A stretch of 38,482 nucleotides of DNA from Oscillospiraceae bacterium (GTDB taxonomy: Bacteria > Bacillota > Clostridia > Oscillospirales > CAG-272): NCBI GenBank assembly GCA_015064795.1, contig SVRO01000003.1:1-38482 (forward strand), written 5' to 3'. Position numbers and translations under genes: made by a program. The notes below the pieces were generated by a model, which saw only the letters and a list, made by a program, of their open reading frames with translations, did no database searches and had not been told where the DNA came from. This document shows positions 9,989-18,071 of this stretch, in pieces; positions within the stretch are counted from its first letter, which is position 1, and each line of letters starts with the position of its first letter.

Positions 9989-10798
9989 ATGAAACTTTCA
10001 CAACAACCGTTGTTTCCAATCAATGCAAGCAAATCCAATATTTCCATTGCAGCAGGCGGCTTTGTTATTACCGACGAGAGATGGCATCGTGAACCCGTTT
10101 CGGATCCCTTTTCAAGACTGTATTACGTCACCGACGGAAGCGGTGTCATCTATTCGGATACCGAAAGCATGAAGCTCGAGCCGGGGTACGTTTATCTTGC
10201 CCCCTGCGGCTCAAAATTCGGACATTATGGTACCGATTCGGTGGAAAAGCTGTATTTTCATATTGGTATGATCCTTCCAAACGGCTACGATTTCTTGGAC
10301 GGCTTTGATCATTTTTCCCGTCTGCCTTGGCCGATCGAGCATACCCAAAAAATGACGAAATGGTATCTCAGTGACGATTTCACCGACCACTTGCTTTTAA
10401 AGGGCGAGATCGACCGTACGGTTATGGCGTTTGTGGAAGCCGAAAAATATACGCCAATACACCGCATGAAATATTCCGCCTCGGTCACGAACGCAATCAA
10501 TTTTATAAGAAAGAATCTTTCGGCTTCGCTCTCGGTGCAAGACGTTGCCGATCACACGCTCTGCTCGCGCGGAAGACTTTCCTCCGCGTTCAAAGAGGAG
10601 CTTGGACAATCTACCGCCCGTTACATCGAAAATCTTCTCATGATCCGTGCGCAGACCATGTTGCTTTACACCGACTACACCATCGGCGAGATCAGTACAC
10701 TTCTCGGATTTTGTGATCAGTTTTATTTCTCACGGCGGTTTAAACAGTACTTTTCTCTATCTCCCAAGGAATACAGAAAACGCAAGGAAGAACCATAA
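9989..10798 (+). CDS. AraC-family transcriptional regulator
   Basis: N-terminal cupin-like RLYYVTDGSG; C-terminal double HTH IGEISTLLGFCDQFYFSRRFKQYFSLSPKEYR. Confidence 0.95.
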   Translation: MKLSQQPLFPINASKSNISIAAGGFVITDERWHREPVSDPFSRLYYVTDGSGVIYSDTESMKLEPGYVYLAPCGSKFGHYGTDSVEKLYFHIGMILPNGYDFLDGFDHFSRLPWPIEHTQKMTKWYLSDDFTDHLLLKGEIDRTVMAFVEAEKYTPIHRMKYSASVTNAINFIRKNLSASLSVQDVADHTLCSRGRLSSAFKEELGQSTARYIENLLMIRAQTMLLYTDYTIGEISTLLGFCDQFYFSRRFKQYFSLSPKEYRKRKEEP

Positions 10799-10819
10799 TA
10801 TAAAGGAGATTGCTTACTC

Positions 10820-11461
10820 ATGAAAACCATTCTTTTTCAAGGAGATTCCATAACCGATTGCGGCTGGGATCGCAACAATCCAAACTCGCTCGGACAAGGA
10901 TACGCACAGCTTGTGGCGGCCGAGCTTGGATTTGAAGCCCCCGGCGAATATACTTTTTATAACCGCGGCATTAGCGGCAACCGCATTGTCGATCTCTATG
11001 CGAGGATCAAAGCAGACATCATCAATCTGAAGCCTGATTATATGAGCATTTTGATTGGGGTCAACGACGTGTGGCATGAGATCATGAAGAACAATGGCGT
11101 AGACGCTGAAAAGTTTGAAAAAATCTACACCATGCTTTTGGAGGAGGTTTTGCAGGCACTTCCGAACTTGAAAATTTTTCTGATTGCCCCCTACGTTGTC
11201 AAAGGCAGCTCTACTGACAATACGCAGGACGCCCCAAACCGCTTTCAAATCTTTCGCGAGGAAGTGGATAAACGCATTGCGGCCGTGGAAAAACTCGGTG
11301 AAAAATTCCATCTTCCCGTTCTGCATTTACAAGAGAAATTTGATGAACACATTGCCAAAAACAACAACGCTTCATATTGGGTTCGTGACGGCGTGCATCC
11401 CGCGCTTTACGGCCACGAGCTGATCGCACGCGAATGGCTCCACATCTTTCGCACGCTATAA
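10820..11461 (+). CDS. SGNH/GDSL hydrolase (esterase)
   Basis: Blocks FQGDSITD, NRGISG, LIGVND, DGVHP; no signal peptide. Confidence 0.93.
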   Translation: MKTILFQGDSITDCGWDRNNPNSLGQGYAQLVAAELGFEAPGEYTFYNRGISGNRIVDLYARIKADIINLKPDYMSILIGVNDVWHEIMKNNGVDAEKFEKIYTMLLEEVLQALPNLKIFLIAPYVVKGSSTDNTQDAPNRFQIFREEVDKRIAAVEKLGEKFHLPVLHLQEKFDEHIAKNNNASYWVRDGVHPALYGHELIAREWLHIFRTL

Positions 11462-11472
11462 TGGCAAAATAT

Positions 11473-11535
11473 AAAAAAGAGTCGCCAAGGGTGAGCGAAA
11501 CGGGGTTCACTTCATCAAAGCGACTCTTTTCTTTT
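11473..11535. terminator. Probable bidirectional terminator with a large structured loop
   Basis: AAAAAAGAGTCGC (11473-11485) ... GCGACTCTTTTCTTTT (11520-11535) between convergent genes; inner GTGAGC/GTTCAC stem. Confidence 0.6.
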
Positions 11536-12403
11536 AAACGGGATAGCAAATCTTTGCCATAGCTCCCCTTTCTACAAGCTTACGCCGTGCGCCCTCGGCT
11601 TCTTTTTCGGTCTCAAAAAGACCGAATACCGAGGGGCCGCTTCCGCTCATTCTTGCGGCATACGCGCCGTTTTCACGCAAGATATTCATGGCTTCGGTCA
11701 CTGAAGGGCGAATCTCGCAAATAACACCCTCAAATACGTTGAAAAAGCCTTTTGACGCCATTTTTGCGTCTCCCGCCATCATTCCCTCGCGCAACGCTTT
11801 CAGCGCACTTTCGTTCCACGCGCGATTCGAAAAATCATCATACCTCTCATCTAAGCGGCGGTATGCCTCGGGCGTAGAAACTCCTTCTCCAAGCTTTGCG
11901 CACAAAATGGGACATTTGGGAAAGGAGGTCTCGCAGGGAAATATTTCTTCACCGATCCCGCGAACGACCTTCGTGCCGCCCAAAACGCAAAAAGGAACAT
12001 CCGCACCAATCGAGAGGGCAAGACGCAAAAGCTCTTCCTGCGAAAGACGGTTATCAAAAAGACGGTTCATTCCCCTAAGAACCGCGGCCGCGTCCGTGCT
12101 TCCACCTGCCATGCCAGCCGCAACGGGAATTCGCTTGCGGATCTCGATTGCAACACCGCAATCCTTGGAAATTGCTTCCAAATATTTCGCAGCGGCACGA
12201 TATGCCGTATTTTCTTTTCCAACGGGAATGCTCTTGGTGTCAATTACCAATTTTATCTCGTTTGATACACTTTTCTCTATATAAACCTCGTCATACCAAT
12301 CAACACTCTGCATAACGCTGACGATGTTATGGTATCCGTTTGGACGTTTATTTTCAATATCGAGAAAAAAATTCAATTTGGCATACGCTTTTTCAAAAAC
12401 CAT
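11534..12403 (-). CDS. ispE: 4-diphosphocytidyl-2-C-methyl-D-erythritol kinase
   Basis: AYAKLNFFL, GHMP motif IPVAAGMAGGSTDAA, IGADVPF, MSGSGPSVF. Confidence 0.96.
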   Translation of the reverse strand: MVFEKAYAKLNFFLDIENKRPNGYHNIVSVMQSVDWYDEVYIEKSVSNEIKLVIDTKSIPVGKENTAYRAAAKYLEAISKDCGVAIEIRKRIPVAAGMAGGSTDAAAVLRGMNRLFDNRLSQEELLRLALSIGADVPFCVLGGTKVVRGIGEEIFPCETSFPKCPILCAKLGEGVSTPEAYRRLDERYDDFSNRAWNESALKALREGMMAGDAKMASKGFFNVFEGVICEIRPSVTEAMNILRENGAYAARMSGSGPSVFGLFETEKEAEGARRKLVERGAMAKICYPV

Positions 12404-12503
12404 AAAAACTCTCCTCAGTATTTGCTACGACATTATTGTACCATATTTGCGTTCAAAAAGAAAGGTTTTTGCAAAAAATTATATTTATTAACATTTCTAT
12501 GTA

Positions 12504-12532
12504 TTGACGAAAACGTGAAAACGAGTTATAAT
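12504..12532 (+). promoter_or_regulatory. sigmaA promoter for the AI-2E transporter/htpG operon
   Basis: TTGACG-N17-TATAAT. Confidence 0.7.
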
Positions 12533-12574
12533 AGAATATATATTGCTATTATTGAAAGGATGTCGGGACAAAGG

Positions 12575-13948
12575 ATGTTTGATTTTAACGACAAGAAGAA
12601 AAAAACACTTGCGATCTGCGCCGCGATCTACGCCGTATTGGTGCTTCTTTTTGTGCTGATCGTAAATTTTGATAAATTCAGCGCATGGGGAAATTGGATC
12701 AAAGAGAAGTTTGACGTTTTCACCCCCATTATTATCGGCGCGATTCTTGCCTATCTCTGCGCCCCGCTTGTGCGCTTCTTCCAAAACGTCTTTTTGAAGC
12801 GCATGAAGAACAACCGCGCCAAGCGCGGTCTGTCCATTCTGTTTACGTATATCGTTGTATTCGGCGTAGTAATTGCTTTTGTTGCCTTGATCATTCCCCA
12901 GCTTCTCAGCAGTGCGGAGGAATTTTTCAAAAAGATGACGGATGGAACGTACTTGAATAACGCCATCGAATCGGTAAATGAAATCTTAAACAAGTTCTTG
13001 CGCGATAAAGCTGAGGATCAGTTTGAGTTTATTGATAAGCAAAAGATTATTGAATACATCCGCGCATTCTTCAACAATTCCGGTACTCTTTTCCAAAAGC
13101 TCGGTAATTTTGTTTTAGCTTATGCGTCCAACTTCGTGATCAGCATCAAAAACATTTTTCTCGGTTTCCTTCTTTCCGTTTACTTCCTCATCTTTAAAGA
13201 AAAGATCTATGCGCAAACCAAAAAGGCCATGCTTGCGATCTTCCCAACGAAAAAATACGAATCCATTTCTTCGTGGGCCTCGTATGCCAACGATACCTTT
13301 GGTGGCTTCGTCGTAGGCAAATTGCTCGACGCCATGTTCATGGTGATCGCCTGCTCCATTGTCTTTGGTATTGCCGGCATTCCTTATACGATACTCATTT
13401 CGGTTATTATCGGTTTTTCCAATATCATTCCCTTCTTTGGCCCCTTTATCGGTGCAATCCCCTCGGGCTTTATCGTACTGATCGCATCCGACACCTCCAA
13501 GCTCATCCTGTTCGTTGTTCTGCTGCTTATCATTCAGCAGTTTGACGCTAACGTAATGGAGCCGAAGATCGTGGGTGATAAAACGGGGCTCACCTCGCTC
13601 GGCGTTATCGTGGCCGTCCTTATCATGAGTGGATATTTTGGCATTCTCGGCACTGTCTTTGGTGTTCCAATCTATGCCATCCTCTGCTCCCTCATTGGCA
13701 GTTGGGTAGACGGCGGCCTGAAAAAGAAGGAGCTTTCCACCGAGCTTGCTGATTATTATCCTGAAAATTCCTTGGTCAATCCCAGAGAAACGACCGAAAA
13801 GAAGTCCAGAAATATTTTCCATCTCATTGGCATCTTCTTTGCCTTTCTTTTCCGAAAGATCAAGAAGCTCTTCGCTTTTTTCGCCGCGAAGTCAAAGGCA
13901 AAAAAGCGTCACAACGAAGAAAACAAAAATAACGAAGATGAAAAATAA
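12575..13948 (+). CDS. AI-2E (UPF0118/PerM) family membrane transporter
   Basis: Multi-TM; PIIIGAILAYLCAP, NIIPFFGPFIGAIP, QQFDANVMEPKIVG; start estimated (ATG 12575, alternative 12560). Confidence 0.9.
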   Translation: MFDFNDKKKKTLAICAAIYAVLVLLFVLIVNFDKFSAWGNWIKEKFDVFTPIIIGAILAYLCAPLVRFFQNVFLKRMKNNRAKRGLSILFTYIVVFGVVIAFVALIIPQLLSSAEEFFKKMTDGTYLNNAIESVNEILNKFLRDKAEDQFEFIDKQKIIEYIRAFFNNSGTLFQKLGNFVLAYASNFVISIKNIFLGFLLSVYFLIFKEKIYAQTKKAMLAIFPTKKYESISSWASYANDTFGGFVVGKLLDAMFMVIACSIVFGIAGIPYTILISVIIGFSNIIPFFGPFIGAIPSGFIVLIASDTSKLILFVVLLLIIQQFDANVMEPKIVGDKTGLTSLGVIVAVLIMSGYFGILGTVFGVPIYAILCSLIGSWVDGGLKKKELSTELADYYPENSLVNPRETTEKKSRNIFHLIGIFFAFLFRKIKKLFAFFAAKSKAKKRHNEENKNNEDEK

Positions 13949-13978
13949 TAAACTTCGTCCTTGTTGGGAGGTTATAAC

Positions 13979-15829
13979 ATGTCAGAAATGAAAAAAGGAA
14001 GCATTTCCGTAGAAACACAAAATATTTTCCCAATCATTAAGCGTTGGCTCTATTCCGAAAAGGATATTTTCCTGCGCGAAATCGTTTCCAATGCCACCGA
14101 CGCCATTACGAAAATGAAGCGCCTTTCATCGCTCGGTCAGATTCCTGCCACCGACGAGGCTTACCGCATTGACATTACACTTGACAAAGCGGAAAAGACC
14201 ATCACCGTAAGCGACAACGGCATCGGTATGTCCGAGGAGGAGCTGACGAAATATATTTGTCAGATCGCACTTTCGGGTGCCGTTGACTTTGTTCAAAAAT
14301 ACGAGGACAAGAACGATACTGCCGCCGGTGGCATCATCGGGCACTTCGGCCTTGGCTTCTATTCGGCCTTCATGGTAAGCGAAACGGTGGAGATCCTTAC
14401 GAAATCCTACACCGATGCCCCTGCTGTTCATTGGATCTGCTCGGATGCTGACGAATACCAGATCGAGCTTGACGAGCGCGAAGCGGGACGCGGCACGACC
14501 ATCGTGATGCACATTGCCTCCGACGAGGAGGAATATCTCAACGCATTCAAGCTTCAGGCAATTCTTGACAAATATTGCTCGTTTATGCCCGTTGAAATCT
14601 TCTTCAAGGAGATTGGTGAAGAAAAGGCCGATGGAGAGGTTGCCGAGGAAAAGCCGATCAACGACACAACGCCGCTTTGGCAAAAAAACGCCTCAGAATG
14701 CTCCCCCGAAGAATATAATGCTTTTTATAAGAAGGTTTTTGCCGATTATAAGGATCCGCTTTTCTACATTCACATCAATGCCGACTATCCGCTGAATTTC
14801 AAGGGTATCCTTTTCTTCCCGAACATCACCAACGACTTTGAGTCGCTTGAGGGACAGGTCAAGCTCTATTACAATCAGGTCTTTGTAGCTGACAATATTA
14901 AGGAAGTCATTCCTGAGTATATGCTCATGCTCAAGGGCGTTCTCGATTGCCCGGAGCTTCCGCTGAACGTCTCACGAAGCTATTTGCAGACCAATTCTTA
15001 CGTTTCCAAGCTTTCGGCGCACATTGTCAAAAAGGTGGCGGATAAGCTGAATGCGCTTTGCAACACCGACCGTGAAAACTACGAGAAGATATGGGAAGGC
15101 ATCAAGGTGTTTGTGGAATACGCTTGTATTCGTGACCGAAAATTTTACGAAAGAGTGAAGGATTCCCTTCTCCTCAAACTGACCGACGGCTCGCACGTTA
15201 CCTTCAAGAATTATTTGGAGGAAGCCAAGGAAAAACACGAAAACACCGTTTACTATACCTCCGACAAGGCACTTCAAGCTCGTTACATCTCGCTTTTTGA
15301 GGAAGAAGGCATTCGCGTTGCTTCCTTCGAAAAGGCGGTGGAAACGCAGTTCCTATCCGCGCTTGAGCAGAATATGGAAAACGTCAAATTCGTCCGTGTG
15401 GACGCCGACGTGGCCTCTGCGCTCAAAACGGGAGAGACCACCGAGGAGAATGAGGAGCTGGTTGCACTCTTTCGTAAGGTAAGCGGCAACGAAAAGCTTC
15501 AAGTAAAATTGGAGGCTTTAAAATCTGCCAAAACTCCTGCGATTTTGAATTTGGACGAAAATGCGCGTCGTTTTGAGGATATGATGCGGATGTACAACAA
15601 CGCCGAGGTTCCCGTAGGACTCGCCAAGGAGGGCGAAACGCTGGTGCTTAACACCGCGTCTACCTTGATCACAAAGCTTGCCGAGGATCTGAAAGCCAAG
15701 AACAACGAACGTGCAGAAAAACTCGCCGCTCACATTTACAGACTTTCGGTCATCTCCCAAAGGCGCTTGACCGCTGAAGAAATGCAGGACTTCTTGGACG
15801 AAAGTTTCTCGCTTCTTGAGGAAATATAA
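13979..15829 (+). CDS. htpG: Chaperone HtpG (Hsp90)
   Basis: LYSEKDIFLREIVSNA.DA, DNGIGM, IGHFGLGFYSAF, LPLNVSRS; ATG after GGGAGG. Confidence 0.97.
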   Translation: MSEMKKGSISVETQNIFPIIKRWLYSEKDIFLREIVSNATDAITKMKRLSSLGQIPATDEAYRIDITLDKAEKTITVSDNGIGMSEEELTKYICQIALSGAVDFVQKYEDKNDTAAGGIIGHFGLGFYSAFMVSETVEILTKSYTDAPAVHWICSDADEYQIELDEREAGRGTTIVMHIASDEEEYLNAFKLQAILDKYCSFMPVEIFFKEIGEEKADGEVAEEKPINDTTPLWQKNASECSPEEYNAFYKKVFADYKDPLFYIHINADYPLNFKGILFFPNITNDFESLEGQVKLYYNQVFVADNIKEVIPEYMLMLKGVLDCPELPLNVSRSYLQTNSYVSKLSAHIVKKVADKLNALCNTDRENYEKIWEGIKVFVEYACIRDRKFYERVKDSLLLKLTDGSHVTFKNYLEEAKEKHENTVYYTSDKALQARYISLFEEEGIRVASFEKAVETQFLSALEQNMENVKFVRVDADVASALKTGETTEENEELVALFRKVSGNEKLQVKLEALKSAKTPAILNLDENARRFEDMMRMYNNAEVPVGLAKEGETLVLNTASTLITKLAEDLKAKNNERAEKLAAHIYRLSVISQRRLTAEEMQDFLDESFSLLEEI

Positions 15830-16080
15830 TGAAACACATTGAATATTTTACCTCCGGTGTTTGCTCGCGTAAAATTGATGTAGATATTGAGGATGGCATC
15901 ATAAAAAAGGTTGTTTTTACAGGCGGCTGCGCCGGAAACACACAGGGCGTTGCCGCGCTCATTCAGGGGATGACAGTGGAAGAAGCCATTTCCCGCCTTG
16001 ACGGTATTAAGTGCGGCTTTCGCCCTACCTCTTGCCCCGATCAGCTGGCAAAAGCGTTAAAGAAAGCATTAAAATCCTAA
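15829..16080 (+). CDS. TIGR03905-type small TSCPD-domain protein
   Basis: GVCS, GGCAGN, CGFRPTSCPDQLA; TAATG overlap with htpG. Confidence 0.9.
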   Translation: MKHIEYFTSGVCSRKIDVDIEDGIIKKVVFTGGCAGNTQGVAALIQGMTVEEAISRLDGIKCGFRPTSCPDQLAKALKKALKS

Positions 16081-16119
16081 ATTTTTTTGCATATTTGTCA
16101 ATAAATTTTGGTAATTTTG

Positions 16120-16148
16120 TTGACAAATGATGAATTCGGTTGTATAAT
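16120..16148 (+). promoter_or_regulatory. Perfect-consensus sigmaA promoter driving the lysine riboswitch leader
   Basis: TTGACA (16120-16125)-N17-TATAAT (16143-16148); predicted start near 16154-16155 coincides with the aptamer 5' end. Confidence 0.88.
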
Positions 16149-16153
16149 AAAAT

Positions 16154-16311
16154 AGATAGAGGTGCGAGCTTGATGACTACTCTGCAAAAAGGTGAACCAG
16201 CACCGCAGAGGAAAGGCAAGCCCGCCGAAATGAACCACTCACTGCTTGGGGTGGCTCGTTGGACCGTCGCAAAATATGCGCCGGACTGTCACGTACCGTG
16301 GAGCGCTATCT
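16154..16311 (+). ncRNA. Lysine riboswitch (L-box) aptamer
   Basis: Signature blocks AGAGGTGC, GAAAGG, GCCGAA, ACTGTC, GGAGCGCT in order; P1 AGATAG/CTATCT; P2a CTCTGC/GCAGAG; P3 CCACTC/GGGTGG; lies before an NhaC-family transporter. Confidence 0.93.
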
Positions 16312-16342
16312 CATTTTCCGAATTTTAAAATTTCGAGCTTTT

Positions 16343-16379
16343 GGGATAGTGTTACCGATGGTGACTCTATCCCTTTCTT
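16343..16379 (+). terminator. Riboswitch expression-platform terminator
   Basis: GGGATAG-T-GTTACC-GAT-GGTGAC-T-CTATCCC-TTTCTT; its 5' arm can pair alternatively with GCTATCTCA (16305-16313) from the aptamer P1 strand. Confidence 0.85.
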
Positions 16380-16407
16380 AATTTAATTTTTTTAGGAGGA
16401 CATGGTC

Positions 16408-18024
16408 ATGTCAAAAACACGTAAGCTGACAACGGCCATCGCACTTGTGCTTGCGCTGGTTGTCATTGTTCTTGCCGCTATCTTGACGCACGAGAATGGC
16501 GCAAGCGAAACGGCATGGGCACTTCTTGCTCCCGTAATCGCTATTGCGCTCGCTCTCATCACAAAAGAGGTTTATTCTTCCCTCTTTATCGGTGTCGTCG
16601 TCGGCGCACTTCTTCATTCCCAGAGTAGCTTTACCGGAACACTCGATACCGTGATCAACGATGGCTTGATCGCCGCCGTTTCGGACAGTGCTGGTATCTT
16701 CATCTTCCTCGTGCTTCTCGGCATTATTGTGGCTCTCGTCAACAAGTCGGGCGGCTCACAGGCGTTTGGCCGTTGGGCAGAAACGCACATCAAGTCCAAA
16801 GTTGGTGCACTTCTTGCCACCTTTGCTCTCGGTGTTCTGATTTTCATTGATGACTATTTCAACTGCTTGACGGTAGGCTCGGTTATGGGCCCCGTAACCG
16901 ACTCGCATAAGATCTCGCGTGTTAAGCTTGCGTATATCATTGATGCCACCGCCGCTCCCATCTGCATGATCGCACCGATCTCCTCTTGGGCAGCCGCCGT
17001 TTCCGGTGCCGTTGAAGGAACCTCTTATTCCGGTCTTGAGCTTTTCGTTCGCGCCATTCCCTTCAACTTCTATTCGCTTCTTACCATCGTTTTCGTTGTG
17101 GCTCTCTCTATTATGGGCTTTGACTACGGAAAGATGTCGAACTTTGAAATCAAAGCACAGAATGGTGACCTTTACGGAAATGACGATCGCGAACAGGCAC
17201 ACGAGACCGAAGCATTTAATGCAAAGGGACGCGTAATCGACCTTCTGCTTCCCATTGTTGTACTTATCGTTCTTTGCGTCATCGGTCTTATTTATGTTGG
17301 CGGCTTCTTTGGTGTTGACGCTTGGGGTGGCACCGATTACAAGGGAGACTTTATCGGCGCGTTTGGTAACACCGATGCATACATAGGACTTCCTTGGGGT
17401 GGATTGATTTCGCTCATTTTTATGGTAATTTATCTGATGGCTCGCCGTCTAATCACCTTCAAAGATGCTATGGCTTGTATCCCGAAGGGCTTCATTGCCA
17501 TGGTGCCTGCCATTTTAATCTTGACGCTTGCAACAGCGCTTAAGAACACCTCTGGACTCCTTGGTGCAGACGTATTCGTTAAGGGCGTAATGGAGACCTT
17601 CCCTGTGGCACTTGCTAAGCTTTTGCCTGCCGTTATCTTCCTTGTTGCCAGCTTCTTGGCTTTTGCAACGGGAACCTCGTGGGGAACTTTCGGTATTCTT
17701 ATCCCAATCGTCACTAATATGTTTGACGAAAGCTCTCCCCTCTTCTTCGTCGGTATTTCCGCTTGTCTTGCAGGTGCTGTTCTCGGAGACCACTGCTCGC
17801 CTATTTCGGATACCACCATCATGGCATCGGCCGGTGCACAGTGCAATCACGTTGACCACGTTTCCACGCAGCTGCCTTACGTTCTCAGTGTTGGCGCGAT
17901 TTCCTTCTTGATGTTTATTCTTGCAGGATTTATCCAAAACGCAATTATTACGTTGGCAGTTGGCACCGTTCTTACGGTTCTCTTCCTCTTTGTTGTGAAG
18001 AGAATTGTCAAGAAAAAGGCATAA
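16408..18024 (+). CDS. NhaC-family transporter, predicted lysine importer (LysW-type)
   Basis: FIDDYFNCLTVG, YIIDATAAP, ATGTSWGTFGI, GDHCSPISDTTI; substrate inferred from the riboswitch; ATG 16408 is 8 nt after AGGAGG. Confidence 0.88.
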   Translation: MSKTRKLTTAIALVLALVVIVLAAILTHENGASETAWALLAPVIAIALALITKEVYSSLFIGVVVGALLHSQSSFTGTLDTVINDGLIAAVSDSAGIFIFLVLLGIIVALVNKSGGSQAFGRWAETHIKSKVGALLATFALGVLIFIDDYFNCLTVGSVMGPVTDSHKISRVKLAYIIDATAAPICMIAPISSWAAAVSGAVEGTSYSGLELFVRAIPFNFYSLLTIVFVVALSIMGFDYGKMSNFEIKAQNGDLYGNDDREQAHETEAFNAKGRVIDLLLPIVVLIVLCVIGLIYVGGFFGVDAWGGTDYKGDFIGAFGNTDAYIGLPWGGLISLIFMVIYLMARRLITFKDAMACIPKGFIAMVPAILILTLATALKNTSGLLGADVFVKGVMETFPVALAKLLPAVIFLVASFLAFATGTSWGTFGILIPIVTNMFDESSPLFFVGISACLAGAVLGDHCSPISDTTIMASAGAQCNHVDHVSTQLPYVLSVGAISFLMFILAGFIQNAIITLAVGTVLTVLFLFVVKRIVKKKA

Positions 18025-18036
18025 ATTTATTTAAAT

Positions 18037-18071
18037 AAAAAATGCGGTTGCCGCTTGGCAACCGCATTTTT
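18037..18071. terminator. Bidirectional intrinsic terminator
   Basis: AAAAAATGCGGTTGCC-GCTT-GGCAACCGCATTTTT, perfect stem between convergent genes. Confidence 0.9.

Noticed and set aside
16104-16326. CodY-box-like AT tracts (16104-16118, 16312-16326)
   Set aside because: Four to five mismatches to AATTTTCWGAAAATT in AT-rich DNA; expected by chance.
16140-16328. 62-aa ORF before the NhaC transporter as a leader peptide
   Set aside because: It starts inside the promoter and coincides with the lysine riboswitch aptamer.
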